From an uncultured Clostridia bacterium (GTDB lineage Bacteria > Bacillota > Clostridia > Oscillospirales > Oscillospiraceae): DNA of 64,000 nucleotides. Below are positions 1 through 9,900 of the stretch, one piece after another. Numbering within the stretch: the stretch's first letter is position 1; every line of letters begins with the position of its first letter. The notes beneath the pieces are model-generated. The model was not told the origin of the DNA. It ran no database searches and saw nothing but the letters and a program-made list of their open reading frames with translations. The stretch spans positions 35,362-99,361 of the forward strand of contig CAMFFO010000001.1 in NCBI GenBank assembly GCA_945949735.1, given 5' to 3'. Made by a program: the position numbers and the translations under genes.

Positions 1-780
1 AAGAGCGCGAATCTTCTGCTCGTACTCCGCGAACTCCGCTTCTTCGTCCCCTTCGCCCAACTCCTCCCGAATAACCTTCATCTGTTCCCGCAGGTAATAA
101 TCCTTCTGATTCTGGTCAATGGCGGATCGGGTCTTTTCCTGGATCTCTGACTCCAGGCGCAGCATTTCCACTTCCTGACGAAGGAGCTTCACCGCCATTT
201 CCAGCCGCCGTGTGGGATTCAGCTGGCAGAGCATTTTCGCCTTCTCTTCGAAGTCAATTCCGGAATTCTGGGCAATGGAATCCGCCAGAAATCCGTTGTC
301 ATTGCTGGTCAGCATTCTAAGCTGAACAGTCTGGGCCGGATGCTCGGACGCATCACAGTACATCCCATACAATCCGTTGGCCTCCCGGCGGAGCGCCCTG
401 CTATGCAGGCTGTCCGGGCTGTCCGGGCAGGCAACAGACTCCACCATTCCGCCGAGGAATGGCTCCGTCTGGGTTATCTCCGTAATTCTGCCACGGCTGA
501 CTCCGGTCACCAGCACCCGCAGATTCTCCCCCTGGGATTTCAGTACCTGCTTCACGGTAGCGACCGTACCAATGGGATACAGGTCGGAATAGCCGGGATC
601 ATCCACCATCAGGTCCTTCTGAGGAATCAGCAGGATCACCTGATCCTGCTTCATTGCAGCCTCCAAAGCCAGCACAGACTTGACGCGGCCCACATCAAAG
701 TGCACCGTCTGCTCCGGAAAAACAGCCAAGCCCCGCAGGGCAAGAATCGGCATTTTGCCGGCATAAATCGTCTCGGTCAA
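1..780 (-). CDS. lon: Lon protease (5' part; continues beyond window start)
   Basis: TTG at 780 after AGGAGGGG RBS; translates MTETIYAGKMPILALRGLAVFP... (Lon N-domain) through QKDYYLREQMKVIREELGE; lies downstream of clpX. Confidence 0.93.
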   Translation of the reverse strand, partial: MTETIYAGKMPILALRGLAVFPEQTVHFDVGRVKSVLALEAAMKQDQVILLIPQKDLMVDDPGYSDLYPIGTVATVKQVLKSQGENLRVLVTGVSRGRITEITQTEPFLGGMVESVACPDSPDSLHSRALRREANGLYGMYCDASEHPAQTVQLRMLTSNDNGFLADSIAQNSGIDFEEKAKMLCQLNPTRRLEMAVKLLRQEVEMLRLESEIQEKTRSAIDQNQKDYYLREQMKVIREELGEGDEEAEFAEYEQKIRAL

Positions 781-811
781 GGGTATTCCCCTCCTTCTGA
801 ATAAAATGCGG

Positions 812-842
812 AAAAAGGGAGTAGTATTCTACCCCCTTTTTA
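812..842 (-). terminator. Hairpin/intrinsic terminator between clpX and lon
   Basis: AAAAAGGGAGTAG..CTACCCCCTTTTT inverted repeat with A/T tails. Confidence 0.55.
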
Positions 843-2102
843 TTATCTCTTTCCGCAGAGCTTTTCTCTTGGATGAGCCGGATCCCGTATCACCGTGGCC
901 TCAGCGCCCTCAATGCATTCGGGGGTGATGATGACTTTCTTGATGGACAGGTCCGATGGAATCCGGTACATAATTCGGGTCATCACCTTCTCCATAATCG
1001 CCCGGAGACCTCGCGCGCCAATCTGGCGGTCAATGGCCTTCTGAGCGATCACCTTCATGGCTTCCGGCTGAATCTCCAGCACCACGCCGTCCATTTCCAG
1101 CAGCTTCTGGTACTGCTTGGTCAGGGCGTTCTTCGGCTCGGACAGGATCCGGATCAGGTCATCCTGGCTGAGGCTCTGCAAACAGGTAATCACCGGCATC
1201 CGTCCAACCAATTCCGGAATGATACCGAACTTCAGCAGATCATGGGGCTCCACCTGGGCAAGGAGTTTGCCCACATCCCGTTTTTTCTTGCTCTCCACCG
1301 GGGAATCAAAGCCAATGGCGGATCGATCGGTCCGGCTTTCAATGATCTTATCCAGGCCATCAAAGGCTCCGCCGCAGATAAAGAGAATGTTGGTGGTGTC
1401 CACCTGGATCATCTCCTGCTGGGGGTGCTTTCTTCCACCCTGAGGAGGCACATTGGAAACCGTGCCCTCCAGGATCTTCAGCAGTGCCTGCTGGACACCT
1501 TCGCCGGAAACGTCGCGGGTAATGGATGTATTCTCGCTTTTGCGGGCGATCTTATCCATTTCGTCGATGTAGATGATCCCTCTCTGAGCCAGCTCCACAT
1601 CAAAATCCGCTGCCTGGAGCAGGCGAACAAGGATGTTTTCCACATCGTCGCCAACATAGCCTGCTTCCGTCAGGGTCGTGGCATCCGCGATGGCAAAGGG
1701 AACGTTCAAAATCTTCGCCAGGGTCTGGGCGAAGAGTGTCTTGCCGCAGCCGGTTGGGCCAATGAGGAGGATATTGCTCTTCTGGAGCTCCACATCGGAA
1801 TCAGCTCCAAAATAAATGCGCTTGTAATGGTTGTATACCGCAACGGAAAGGGCGATTTTCGCCTCCTCCTGGCCGACAATGTAGTTGTCCATGAAGGATT
1901 TCATCTCTGCGGGAGTGGGCAGCTGCTCCGGCGAATGGAAGCTGCCCTTCCCTGTGTCGATTTCATCCCGCAGCAGTTCGCTGCAGGCCTGGACGCAGTC
2001 GCTGCAGATATACACCCCAGGACCGGCAATCAGCCTGGTCGCCTGGCTCTCGCGTTTTCCGCAGAAGCTGCAGCGAATGGGCTGCTCGCTATTTCTTGCC
2101 AT
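843..2102 (-). CDS. clpX: ATP-dependent Clp protease ATP-binding subunit ClpX
   Basis: N-terminal CSFC...CSDC zinc finger, Walker [13 protein letters not shown] pore loop, [13 protein letters not shown]. Confidence 0.98.
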   Translation of the reverse strand: MARNSEQPIRCSFCGKRESQATRLIAGPGVYICSDCVQACSELLRDEIDTGKGSFHSPEQLPTPAEMKSFMDNYIVGQEEAKIALSVAVYNHYKRIYFGADSDVELQKSNILLIGPTGCGKTLFAQTLAKILNVPFAIADATTLTEAGYVGDDVENILVRLLQAADFDVELAQRGIIYIDEMDKIARKSENTSITRDVSGEGVQQALLKILEGTVSNVPPQGGRKHPQQEMIQVDTTNILFICGGAFDGLDKIIESRTDRSAIGFDSPVESKKKRDVGKLLAQVEPHDLLKFGIIPELVGRMPVITCLQSLSQDDLIRILSEPKNALTKQYQKLLEMDGVVLEIQPEAMKVIAQKAIDRQIGARGLRAIMEKVMTRIMYRIPSDLSIKKVIITPECIEGAEATVIRDPAHPREKLCGKR

Positions 2103-2127
2103 GAACCTGGTACCGCCTTTCTACGGA

Positions 2128-2709
2128 TTAGTGGTGCTCCAGCACCCGGTCAATAAGGCCGAACTCACGGGCTTCCTCTGCGCTCATGAAATTATCACGC
2201 TCACAGGCGGCAGTAACCTCTTCCACACTTTTTCCGGTATTTGCGGCAAGAATGCGGTTCATGCGTTCTTTGATAGTTTCCAGTCGACGCAGATGAATGG
2301 CCATATCCGTAATCTGCCCCTGTGTGCCTGCGGAAGGCTGATGGATCATAATCTCAGAGTTGGGAAGAGCCATCCGCTTCCCCTTGGCACCGGCGCTAAG
2401 GAGGAATGCACCCATAGAAGCCGCCATACCGACACAGATGGTAACCACATCGCACTTGATGTACTGCATGGTATCATAAATGGCCATTCCAGCAGTAACA
2501 CTGCCGCCGGGGCTGTTAATATAGAACTGAATATCCTTGTCGGGATCCTGAGCCTCCAGGTAAAGAAGCTGCGCTACCACCAGGGACGCAGTGGTATCAT
2601 TTACTTCCTCCGACAGGAAAATAATGCGGTCATTCAGCAGACGGGAGAAAATGTCATAGCTGCGCTCTCCGCGGCTGGTCTGCTCAACAACATAGGGTAC
2701 TAAACTCAT
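2128..2709 (-). CDS. clpP: Clp protease proteolytic subunit
   Basis: [37 protein letters not shown] catalytic Ser, IHQP; start placed at the ATG after the AAGGAG RBS. Confidence 0.98.
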   Translation of the reverse strand: MSLVPYVVEQTSRGERSYDIFSRLLNDRIIFLSEEVNDTTASLVVAQLLYLEAQDPDKDIQFYINSPGGSVTAGMAIYDTMQYIKCDVVTICVGMAASMGAFLLSAGAKGKRMALPNSEIMIHQPSAGTQGQITDMAIHLRRLETIKERMNRILAANTGKSVEEVTAACERDNFMSAEEAREFGLIDRVLEHH

Positions 2710-2760
2710 GGTGATGTCTCCTTTCGGGGTTTGAAACATTCTAACCATTCGGGTGGAAGG

Positions 2761-4062
2761 TTATTCCTCGGTTTTCTCCTGAGCCTTGGGAGCCACTGCA
2801 ACGGCGTTGTCGACGATGACCTTGATCGCCTTGCGGGTGGTCAGACCGGACTTAATCTCCTCCACAGGAACCATATCCTTGACCTTCTCCAGCTCCAGCT
2901 GATAGTTGGCGGCCAGCTCCTGGTACTCTGCTTCGATCTCCTCGTCGGTGGCGGAAATGCCCTCCACCTCCACGATCTTCTCCAGGGTGACGTTGACCTT
3001 CGCCTGCTTCTCAGCGGTGGGCCGGAAGGCGTTACGCATGGTGGACACATCGCCGCCCATCATCTTGGCGTACTGATCCATGGAATAACCGCTCATCTGC
3101 AGCTGATAAGCAAAACGCTCCATCTGGTTGTCCAGCTCAGCCTCCACCAGGCCCTTGGGCATATCCACAGTGGTATTCTCGGCAGCCTTGTCGACAGCGG
3201 CCTGCTCAAAAGCGGAATCCGCCTGCTTCTGAGCTTTTTCCAGAGCCTTTGCCCGGATATCATTCTTCAGCTCCTCCAGGGTGTCAAACTCGGACACGTC
3301 CTTGGCAAACTCGTCATCCTGGGCGGGAACGTTGGTCACGGTGACCTTGTTCAGCTTCACATGGAACACAACAGCTTTTCCGGCAAGTTCCTTGTGATAA
3401 TCCTCCGGGAAGGTGATATCAATATCCTTTTCCTCGCCGGCAGTCATGCCCACAATCTGCTCCTCAAAGCCGGGGACAAACTGTCCGCTGCCCAGCTTCA
3501 GGTCGAAGTTATCACCCTTTCCGCCCTCAAAGGGAACACCATTGTCGAAGCCCTCAAAGTCAATGTTGGCGGTGTCGCCCATCTCGGCGGCTCTCTCCAC
3601 GGTCTCAGTGGAGGCAACATTCTCCGCCATGCGGTCCAGCTCCGACTGAACCTGCTCATCGGAAACGGAAACCTCAGCCTTCTCCACCTCCAGGCCCTTG
3701 TATTCGCCCAGAGTGACCTCGGGATAAACCTCGGTGGAAATGGTCAGGGTAACAATGTTATCCTCGCTGATCTGCATATCGTTCAGGCTGGGGCGGCCGA
3801 CTGCCTTGATGCCCTGATCCACAACGGCGAACTGGTAAACCTGGGGGAAGATTTCTTCCAGGCCGTCTTCATAGAAAACGTGGGCGCCGTACATACTTTC
3901 GATCATCTTTCTGGGGGCCTTGCCCTTGCGGAAGCCGGGGATCATGATATTCTTGCGGGCCTTCATGTAAGCCTTGTTGACACCGGACTCCATCAGTTCC
4001 TTGTCAATCTCCACCACGATGGTGGTCTCGTTGCCATTTCTTTCCGTGCTCTTAACGTTCAT
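2761..4062 (-). CDS. tig: Trigger factor
   Basis: IPGFRKGKAP ribosome-binding motif, FKBP domain; canonical tig-clpP-clpX-lon order. Confidence 0.97.
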   Translation of the reverse strand: MNVKSTERNGNETTIVVEIDKELMESGVNKAYMKARKNIMIPGFRKGKAPRKMIESMYGAHVFYEDGLEEIFPQVYQFAVVDQGIKAVGRPSLNDMQISEDNIVTLTISTEVYPEVTLGEYKGLEVEKAEVSVSDEQVQSELDRMAENVASTETVERAAEMGDTANIDFEGFDNGVPFEGGKGDNFDLKLGSGQFVPGFEEQIVGMTAGEEKDIDITFPEDYHKELAGKAVVFHVKLNKVTVTNVPAQDDEFAKDVSEFDTLEELKNDIRAKALEKAQKQADSAFEQAAVDKAAENTTVDMPKGLVEAELDNQMERFAYQLQMSGYSMDQYAKMMGGDVSTMRNAFRPTAEKQAKVNVTLEKIVEVEGISATDEEIEAEYQELAANYQLELEKVKDMVPVEEIKSGLTTRKAIKVIVDNAVAVAPKAQEKTEE

Positions 4063-4131
4063 GGTTAATAATCCTCCTAAATTGGTCCGCATAGCAAGAC
4101 CATTCTATATATATTTTTATACAGCCGATAT

Positions 4132-4160
4132 ATTCTATCAAAAAAAGTCAAAAATGTCCA
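4132..4160 (-). promoter_or_regulatory. Sigma-A-type promoter of tig operon
   Basis: TGGACA-17 bp-TAGAAT on minus strand. Confidence 0.55.
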
Positions 4161-4179
4161 CACTTTTCTGAAAAAACTT

Positions 4180-4869
4180 TTATGAAATTACGGTGTACGG
4201 CTTAAATCCAATATAGTCCGCCGAGACAAGCCGGTATTCCACCCCATCCCACAGACCTTCCATGGCCAGCCGGCAGCTTCCGCCATGGAGATGGCCGTAA
4301 AAGCACTGTCGAACATGGTATTTTTCCAGGAGCGCAAGAATTTCCGGGCATTCATACCCCTTATATCTGGGTGGATAGTGGAGGAAAACGAGCTTTGGTT
4401 TCTCCCCTGCCGCTTTCAGAGAGGCTTCCAGCCGGATCAGCTCCCTTTTGAACACCTTTTCATCGTGCTGGCCGCTGCGTTCCTCCTCAAAAAACCACCC
4501 TCTGGTTCCGCAGATTGCGTAGGGCCCGTACTCGAAGCAGTTGTTGTTCAGCAAAAACATATTCTCGAAGCCCTGCTCCATACAGTATTTCTCAAACTTT
4601 GCCGCGGTGGACCACCAATAGTCGTGATTTCCCTTGAGTATTATCTTTCGTCCCGGAATCCGGTTGATCCACGCGAAGTCCTCCCGGGAAGAAGGAAGAT
4701 CCAAAGCCCAGCTCAAATCCCCAAGAAGAACGGTGGTATCCTCCGGCGTGATCCCAGCCATACCCTGGCTGAGCTTGTCCATATACCCAATCCACGCTCC
4801 TCCGAAGATATCCATTGGTTTGGGAGCACCCAGACACAGGTGCAGATCTCCAATGGCATAAAGTGCCAC
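4180..4869 (-). CDS. Calcineurin-like metallophosphoesterase
   Basis: GDLH, GD, KGNHD, LHYPP, GHLH motifs. Confidence 0.9.
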   Translation of the reverse strand: MALYAIGDLHLCLGAPKPMDIFGGAWIGYMDKLSQGMAGITPEDTTVLLGDLSWALDLPSSREDFAWINRIPGRKIILKGNHDYWWSTAAKFEKYCMEQGFENMFLLNNNCFEYGPYAICGTRGWFFEEERSGQHDEKVFKRELIRLEASLKAAGEKPKLVFLHYPPRYKGYECPEILALLEKYHVRQCFYGHLHGGSCRLAMEGLWDGVEYRLVSADYIGFKPYTVIS

Positions 4870-4881
4870 AAAAACGCCTCC

Positions 4882-5925
4882 TTACTGTTTTTGGGAAAGC
4901 CCGGCAATCTCTCCGGCGGTCATTTTCATCGCGCCCGCCACCGTATCCACGTCACACAGAGGATTTCGCTCTGCAAGCACCAGAGCGCAGCGGGTTTCCC
5001 CTGTACCGACGCGGTAGTCAAGCAATCCGGCGTGGGACAAAGCTGCGTAGGGTGAGAGCAAATAGGAATTGGTCGCATACACACTGGGAATTGTGGAGGA
5101 CATTCTTTCTCCACTGACCACACTGACCCAGATCCCCTCCCTGAGCTTTCTGAGAACGGCCTCCGGCGGCGCATACACCTTCCCGATTCGGCAGGAATCC
5201 ACAAAACGGAGAGCCTCCGCCTCCCCGCAGGCCGAAGAAATCAGGCGCTCCAGGCCCTCAGGCAGCGTCACATCCGCTTCAGGGGTAGCCGTTCGGAGGC
5301 TGATCCCATCCGTGCGAAGTTGTCCATGATAGATGAGATCCCATACGGCGCTGTTTTCATTGCAGCAGCAGACGATGTTTCCAATGGGAAGTCCCCAAGT
5401 CCGGGCGTACCACGCGCTCATCGGGGCGGAAAAGTCCCCGGAAACCACGGAGATATCCACAGCTGCCCCAGGGGATATTTCGCCCGATCGAACCAGTTCC
5501 CCATAAATCCCGAACAAAGCGGCAATCCGGACACCGATATCCACCCATGCGCCGGGTTGGGCGGATGGATTTCCGTCCCCTCGGATGAGGCGAAAAATAC
5601 CGCGCACCATCCGCGCAAACTCCCGCCCGGAGCTGTGCCAGCACTCCCCGATCAGGATTCGATGACTCATGGGAACCAGCCGAACAGGGTGACGGCCAAT
5701 GGCGTAACCCAAGTCCGTTTCATGAAGCCGGGTGTCAAAAAGCAGATTCAGTATTCTTACCATGCGTTGATTAAAGGTCAGTGCAGACAGCCCTTCTGTT
5801 TCCTCCGGGGAAAAGGGATCCAGCCGGAAAGGGATATACAATCCACCGTCAGGTCCGCGACGCTCCGTCAGAGCGCGCTGCGCAGTATAGCAGTCATGAT
5901 GATTGCGCGTGGTTACATACTGCAC
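4882..5925 (-). CDS. Threonine synthase-like protein, degenerate (PLP lysine apparently absent)
   Basis: YVTTRN...DGGLYIP N-terminus and GLPI..CCCNEN, LERLI segments resemble ThrC, but FHGxTxAFKD is replaced by WHSSGREFAR. Confidence 0.7.
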   Translation of the reverse strand: MQYVTTRNHHDCYTAQRALTERRGPDGGLYIPFRLDPFSPEETEGLSALTFNQRMVRILNLLFDTRLHETDLGYAIGRHPVRLVPMSHRILIGECWHSSGREFARMVRGIFRLIRGDGNPSAQPGAWVDIGVRIAALFGIYGELVRSGEISPGAAVDISVVSGDFSAPMSAWYARTWGLPIGNIVCCCNENSAVWDLIYHGQLRTDGISLRTATPEADVTLPEGLERLISSACGEAEALRFVDSCRIGKVYAPPEAVLRKLREGIWVSVVSGERMSSTIPSVYATNSYLLSPYAALSHAGLLDYRVGTGETRCALVLAERNPLCDVDTVAGAMKMTAGEIAGLSQKQ

Positions 5926-6865
5926 GTTCCATCACTCCAATGGCATTATTCCAGAAGATATTCATCAACGTGTTCTCATCCACCCCGCGCTCCAACAGTT
6001 TGGCAGCCATGGCAGGATAGCTCTGAATTCCGTCAAAGCCATCAGGAAGCTGGTCGCAGCCGTCCAGATCTCCTCCCAGCGCAATGTGGTTTCCGTTGGG
6101 ATCCATCTCCAGGAAATGCAGGATATGGTCACAGACAGTATCGAGATTAGGTTTCTCCCCCACGAAAGCATCGCACTGGTTAAAGCCTGCCACACCGCCG
6201 CAGCTGCAGATGGCACGGAACATATCATCCGTCAGATTCCGGCTGACGCCGCAGATGGCGCGGCTGTTGGAATGGGTCGCCACAATGGGTGCCTGGGTAA
6301 TATCCATAATATCCCAGAATCCTTCATCGCTGATATGGCTGACATCGACAAGCATGCCCAAACGTTGGGCTTCCCGCACATACTCCCTGCCCAGATTGGT
6401 AAGGCCGCCGCCAGTTTTATGAGAGCCTGTCAAGGGATTCTTTTCATTCCAACCCAGGGAGGTAATCCGGAATCCGATCCGATACAGGTCCTCCAACAGC
6501 GCGGGGTCAAATCCAAAACCAGCCGTCCCTTCCAAGGTCAAAACCGCGGACATGACCCCCTCCAGGGCATTTTGACGGATATCCTCCGGTGAATAAGCAA
6601 GACGGATCAGATCGCTGTTTTTATCCAACTCCCGCTGGATGGTAGCCAACTCCCGTTCAAAGATCACAACCGGGGATACGTGGTTCCACTCCTGGAAATC
6701 CGGTGTTGTAAAACAGGTAAAGCACTGGCAGTAACCGGGAAGCTCCCTGGCCCGTTCCAGGTCAATGTGGAGCTGATTCCTGCGGAGACTTCCGGCCTGA
6801 TTCATATCCTCTCCCAGGAGGGCCAGCGCGGTATCGCAGTGAAGGTCAAAAACAGGAAATTTCAT
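5894..6865 (-). CDS. Membrane dipeptidase (peptidase M19 family)
   Basis: DLHCD, LEG, DVSH, ATHSN, GGDLDG motifs. Confidence 0.92.
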   Translation of the reverse strand: MKFPVFDLHCDTALALLGEDMNQAGSLRRNQLHIDLERARELPGYCQCFTCFTTPDFQEWNHVSPVVIFERELATIQRELDKNSDLIRLAYSPEDIRQNALEGVMSAVLTLEGTAGFGFDPALLEDLYRIGFRITSLGWNEKNPLTGSHKTGGGLTNLGREYVREAQRLGMLVDVSHISDEGFWDIMDITQAPIVATHSNSRAICGVSRNLTDDMFRAICSCGGVAGFNQCDAFVGEKPNLDTVCDHILHFLEMDPNGNHIALGGDLDGCDQLPDGFDGIQSYPAMAAKLLERGVDENTLMNIFWNNAIGVMERAVCNHAQSS

Positions 6866-7227
6866 TCAAACGCATCCTCCATATGGCGTATTTCCGGACG
6901 GGTCGTGGCCGTTCCTTCCGGCGCGTAGATTTCAACGACATCAAAACGCGGCTGAAGCGACGTCGGATTCTCTGCCAGATATATGGCAGCAGTGCTTCGG
7001 AGCCTGGACTGCTTGCGGGCATCCACATACTCCCCCGCCGAGGCAAAACGGGCAGATTTGCGCAGCTTCACCTCAACAAAAACAAGAAATCGCTTATTTC
7101 TGGCTATCAGATCAATTTCCCCAAAGCGGCATCGGTACCCGGAGGCCACGATCTCATACCGCTTTTTTCTCAGGAATTCCGCCGCGAGAGCCTCCCCCCA
7201 GGCTCCGGAAAGATTATTGACCCCCAT
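6862..7227 (-). CDS. YraN family (UPF0102) putative endonuclease
   Basis: GEIDLIA...FVEVK PD-(D/E)xK motif; conserved position after rnhB. Confidence 0.92.
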   Translation of the reverse strand: MGVNNLSGAWGEALAAEFLRKKRYEIVASGYRCRFGEIDLIARNKRFLVFVEVKLRKSARFASAGEYVDARKQSRLRSTAAIYLAENPTSLQPRFDVVEIYAPEGTATTRPEIRHMEDAFE

Positions 7228-7828
7228 AAAACTTCTTCAGGAAGGTCTGCCGGTGAATCGGGCAGGGGCCGTACAGCCGAAGCGCATCGTAATGGGCTTT
7301 GGTTCCGTAACCCTTGTGGACCTCAAAGCCGTACTGGGGATACTCCCGGGCCATTTCCAGCATCAAATCATCCCGGCTCACCTTTGCAAGGATGGATGCG
7401 GCGGCAATATTGGCGCTGAGGCTGTCACCCTTGATCACAGTTTTTACCGGGATGCCAAAATCCTTCTCCCGGTTTCCGTCAATAAGCGCCAGCTCCGGCG
7501 TGATGCAAAGCTGCGCCAGCGCACGCTCCATGGCAAGAAACGTAGCCTGGAGAATGTTGATTTCATCAATTTCTTTTTCCGAAGCAAACCCTATCCCATA
7601 GGCAAGGGCCTGACGCTGAATCTCCGGGAACAGCTCCCTTCTACGCTTGTCCGAGAGCTTTTTGCTGTCGGTAAGGCCGGGAATTTCCAGGTGTTTCGGC
7701 AGAATTACAGCAGCAGCGCATACCGGACCTGCCAAAGGGCCCCTTCCCGCCTCATCCACGCCGCAGATTGCACCAAGTCCCTGGTTAAAAAAAACATCTT
7801 CAATTTCCCACATTGTCGCGGAAGTCAT
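7214..7828 (-). CDS. rnhB: Ribonuclease HII
   Basis: GVDEAGRGPLAGPV, DSKKL, AAASILAKV, HKGYGT. Confidence 0.97.
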   Translation of the reverse strand: MTSATMWEIEDVFFNQGLGAICGVDEAGRGPLAGPVCAAAVILPKHLEIPGLTDSKKLSDKRRRELFPEIQRQALAYGIGFASEKEIDEINILQATFLAMERALAQLCITPELALIDGNREKDFGIPVKTVIKGDSLSANIAAASILAKVSRDDLMLEMAREYPQYGFEVHKGYGTKAHYDALRLYGPCPIHRQTFLKKFYGGQ

Positions 7829-8697
7829 TGTATCTCCTCCGGCATCTCCAAAGTAAATCTTCCCAGTTTCCCGCTGCGGAATTCATCCACCAGGACTTTT
7901 GCCATCCGTTCCGTGTGGATTTTCCCCCCAGACAGGAGAAATCCACGGTTTTTTCCGGCAATCTCAAGCAATTGGTAACCGGGTGTTCCCGGCTCTGCCT
8001 GAACTTTATACCGCTCCGACAAAGCATCGGGATAATACCGGTGAAGCAGCTCCATCAGAGCGCAGGCAAGCTCCTCCAGGTCAATGACCCCCTCCTTCAC
8101 CGCGCCAGTGTAGGCCAGCTTAAGCCCCACCTCTGGGTCCTCAAATTTGGGCCAAAGAATTCCGGGCGTGTCCAGAAGCTGGAGACTCCTGTCGACGGTA
8201 ACCCACTGTTTTCCCCTGGTAACACCGGGGCGGTTTTCGGCCTTCGCGCCCTTTCGCCCCGATATCTGATTGATCAGGGTGGACTTTCCTACATTGGGGA
8301 TTCCTACGACCATTACCCGAATGGGTCTGCTCATTCCCCTGGCAGCATCCCGCTCCAGCTTCTGGGCACAGGCTTTCCTTGCGGCAGGGGTGAAATCGGC
8401 AATTCCCTTGCGGGTTTTGCAGTCTGTAGCAATGACAGCCATTCCCTTTTCTATAAAGTAGGCAGTCCACTGCTGCGTCGCCGCCGGATCCGCCAGATCC
8501 ATCCGGTTAAGCACAAGGATTCTGGGCTTTCCGGCGCAGATGGAATCAATATCCGGATTTCGGCTGGAAACCGGAATCCGTGCGTCCACAATTTCGCAAA
8601 CCGCGTCCACCTGCTTCAGGTCCGCCTCTATCTGTCGCCGGGTTTTCGTCATGTGGCCGGGATACCACTGGATATTCATCTGATCCTGATTGTCCAT
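7825..8697 (-). CDS. rbgA: Ribosome biogenesis GTPase RbgA/YlqF
   Basis: IQWYPGHM, DARIP, GIPNVGKS, DTPG. Confidence 0.97.
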   Translation of the reverse strand: MDNQDQMNIQWYPGHMTKTRRQIEADLKQVDAVCEIVDARIPVSSRNPDIDSICAGKPRILVLNRMDLADPAATQQWTAYFIEKGMAVIATDCKTRKGIADFTPAARKACAQKLERDAARGMSRPIRVMVVGIPNVGKSTLINQISGRKGAKAENRPGVTRGKQWVTVDRSLQLLDTPGILWPKFEDPEVGLKLAYTGAVKEGVIDLEELACALMELLHRYYPDALSERYKVQAEPGTPGYQLLEIAGKNRGFLLSGGKIHTERMAKVLVDEFRSGKLGRFTLEMPEEIQ

Positions 8698-9299
8698 TAT
8701 CCGATTGCTCCAATTCTGCCAAAATCTCTTGTACGAAGCCCGCCGTCGGTGCCGGGAATCATCAGGAAGATGGCCTTACCCAGAATCTCCCGCCTGTCAA
8801 TCTGGCCGATATCCGGGCTGCGGCTGTCCCGTGAGTTATTCCGGTTGTCTCCCATAACGAAGTAGCAGTCCTCCTCCACGATCAGAGGGAAGCTCATCCC
8901 CTCCTGCATATTGGTGGGAGTGTTAACATAATCCTCCTGAATGGGCAGGCCGTCCACATAAACGATTCCGTTTTGAAAATCAATATCCACGATCTGTCCT
9001 TCCGTGGCGATCACCCGTTTCACAATGGGAGAACCGTTGTCGTAGCTTTGCTTGCTCACGACCACGATGTCTCCCACCTCCGGATTGGGGCAAAGCAGAT
9101 TGCTCATAAGGAGCAGATAGTCCCCGTCCCAAAGGGTGGAATACATGGAATCCCCGGTGACAACAATGATCCGGAACAGCAAAAGAAACACCAAAAGAAT
9201 CACAGAAACATAAATCACCAGATCATGAAGATACAAAACAAGGTTCTGTTTCCAGGTCATTTTTTGTTCCTTTTCATTGGACTCATTACGATCACTCAC
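8697..9299 (-). CDS. lepB: Signal peptidase I
   Basis: TM helix then GDSM (Ser), IVKRVI (Lys), MGDNRNNSRDSR; GTG start after GGAGG. Confidence 0.93.
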   Translation of the reverse strand: MSDRNESNEKEQKMTWKQNLVLYLHDLVIYVSVILLVFLLLFRIIVVTGDSMYSTLWDGDYLLLMSNLLCPNPEVGDIVVVSKQSYDNGSPIVKRVIATEGQIVDIDFQNGIVYVDGLPIQEDYVNTPTNMQEGMSFPLIVEEDCYFVMGDNRNNSRDSRSPDIGQIDRREILGKAIFLMIPGTDGGLRTRDFGRIGAIG

Positions 9300-9410
9300 A
9301 GTACATCCTCCAAAGCAAATCTTTTCTTTCAAAAATTTCCTTCGTGCCATTGTAACATATCCGCAACCGGAATTCTATAACAAATTGATAATTTTCCGGA
9401 ATTTCCAAAT

Positions 9411-9439
9411 AAAAAAAGAGGGCAAAGCCCTCTTTTTTT
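9411..9439 (-). terminator. Intrinsic terminator after rplS
   Basis: AAAAAAAGAGGGC-AAA-GCCCTCTTTTTTT. Confidence 0.75.
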
Positions 9440-9452
9440 ATGAATTTCTGAG

Positions 9453-9794
9453 TTAGACCTTCTCCTTGACCTTTGCTGCCTTGCCAAAACGGTCACGCAG
9501 ATAGTACAGCTTGGCCCGGCGAACCTTGCCCTTGCGGACAGTCTCGATCATCGCAACATTGGGAGAATGCAGGGGGAACACTTTCTCGCAGCCCACGCCG
9601 TAGGAAATCCGGCGGACAGTGATGGTCTCGCCAATGCCGCCATGCTTGCGGGCGATCACGGTGCCTTCAAACACCTGAATACGCTCACGGGAGCCTTCCT
9701 TGATGCGCACATGAACACGAACGGTATCGCCGACCCGAGCTTCGGGGACTTCCTCCTTCATGTACTGGCTGTTGAGTGCCTTAACCAAATCCAT
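9453..9794 (-). CDS. rplS: 50S ribosomal protein L19
   Basis: GDTVRVHV...[20 protein letters not shown]. Confidence 0.98.
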   Translation of the reverse strand: MDLVKALNSQYMKEEVPEARVGDTVRVHVRIKEGSRERIQVFEGTVIARKHGGIGETITVRRISYGVGCEKVFPLHSPNVAMIETVRKGKVRRAKLYYLRDRFGKAAKVKEKV

Positions 9795-9816
9795 TTTCTT
9801 GTCCTCCTTAAATATT

Positions 9817-9855
9817 AGGCGTTCATGCGTACATCCGTCGCAGAGGACTCACCTT
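9817..9855 (-). promoter_or_regulatory. L19 leader (autoregulatory 5'UTR hairpin)
   Basis: AAGGUGAGUCCUCUGCG...CGCAUGAACGCCU directly before the rplS RBS; resembles the Firmicutes L19 leader. Confidence 0.6.
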
Positions 9856-9871
9856 GATTTCAGACCGAGTT

Positions 9872-9900
9872 ATTCTAGCACATTCTTTGGAAGAAATCAA
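9872..9900 (-). promoter_or_regulatory. Sigma-A-type promoter of rplS
   Basis: TTGATT-17 bp-TAGAAT with TG extension. Confidence 0.65.

Noticed and set aside
873-4068. Long + strand ORFs (427, 272, 445 aa) over clpX, clpP and tig
   Set aside because: Antisense shadows of conserved genes in GC-rich DNA; no motifs or RBS.
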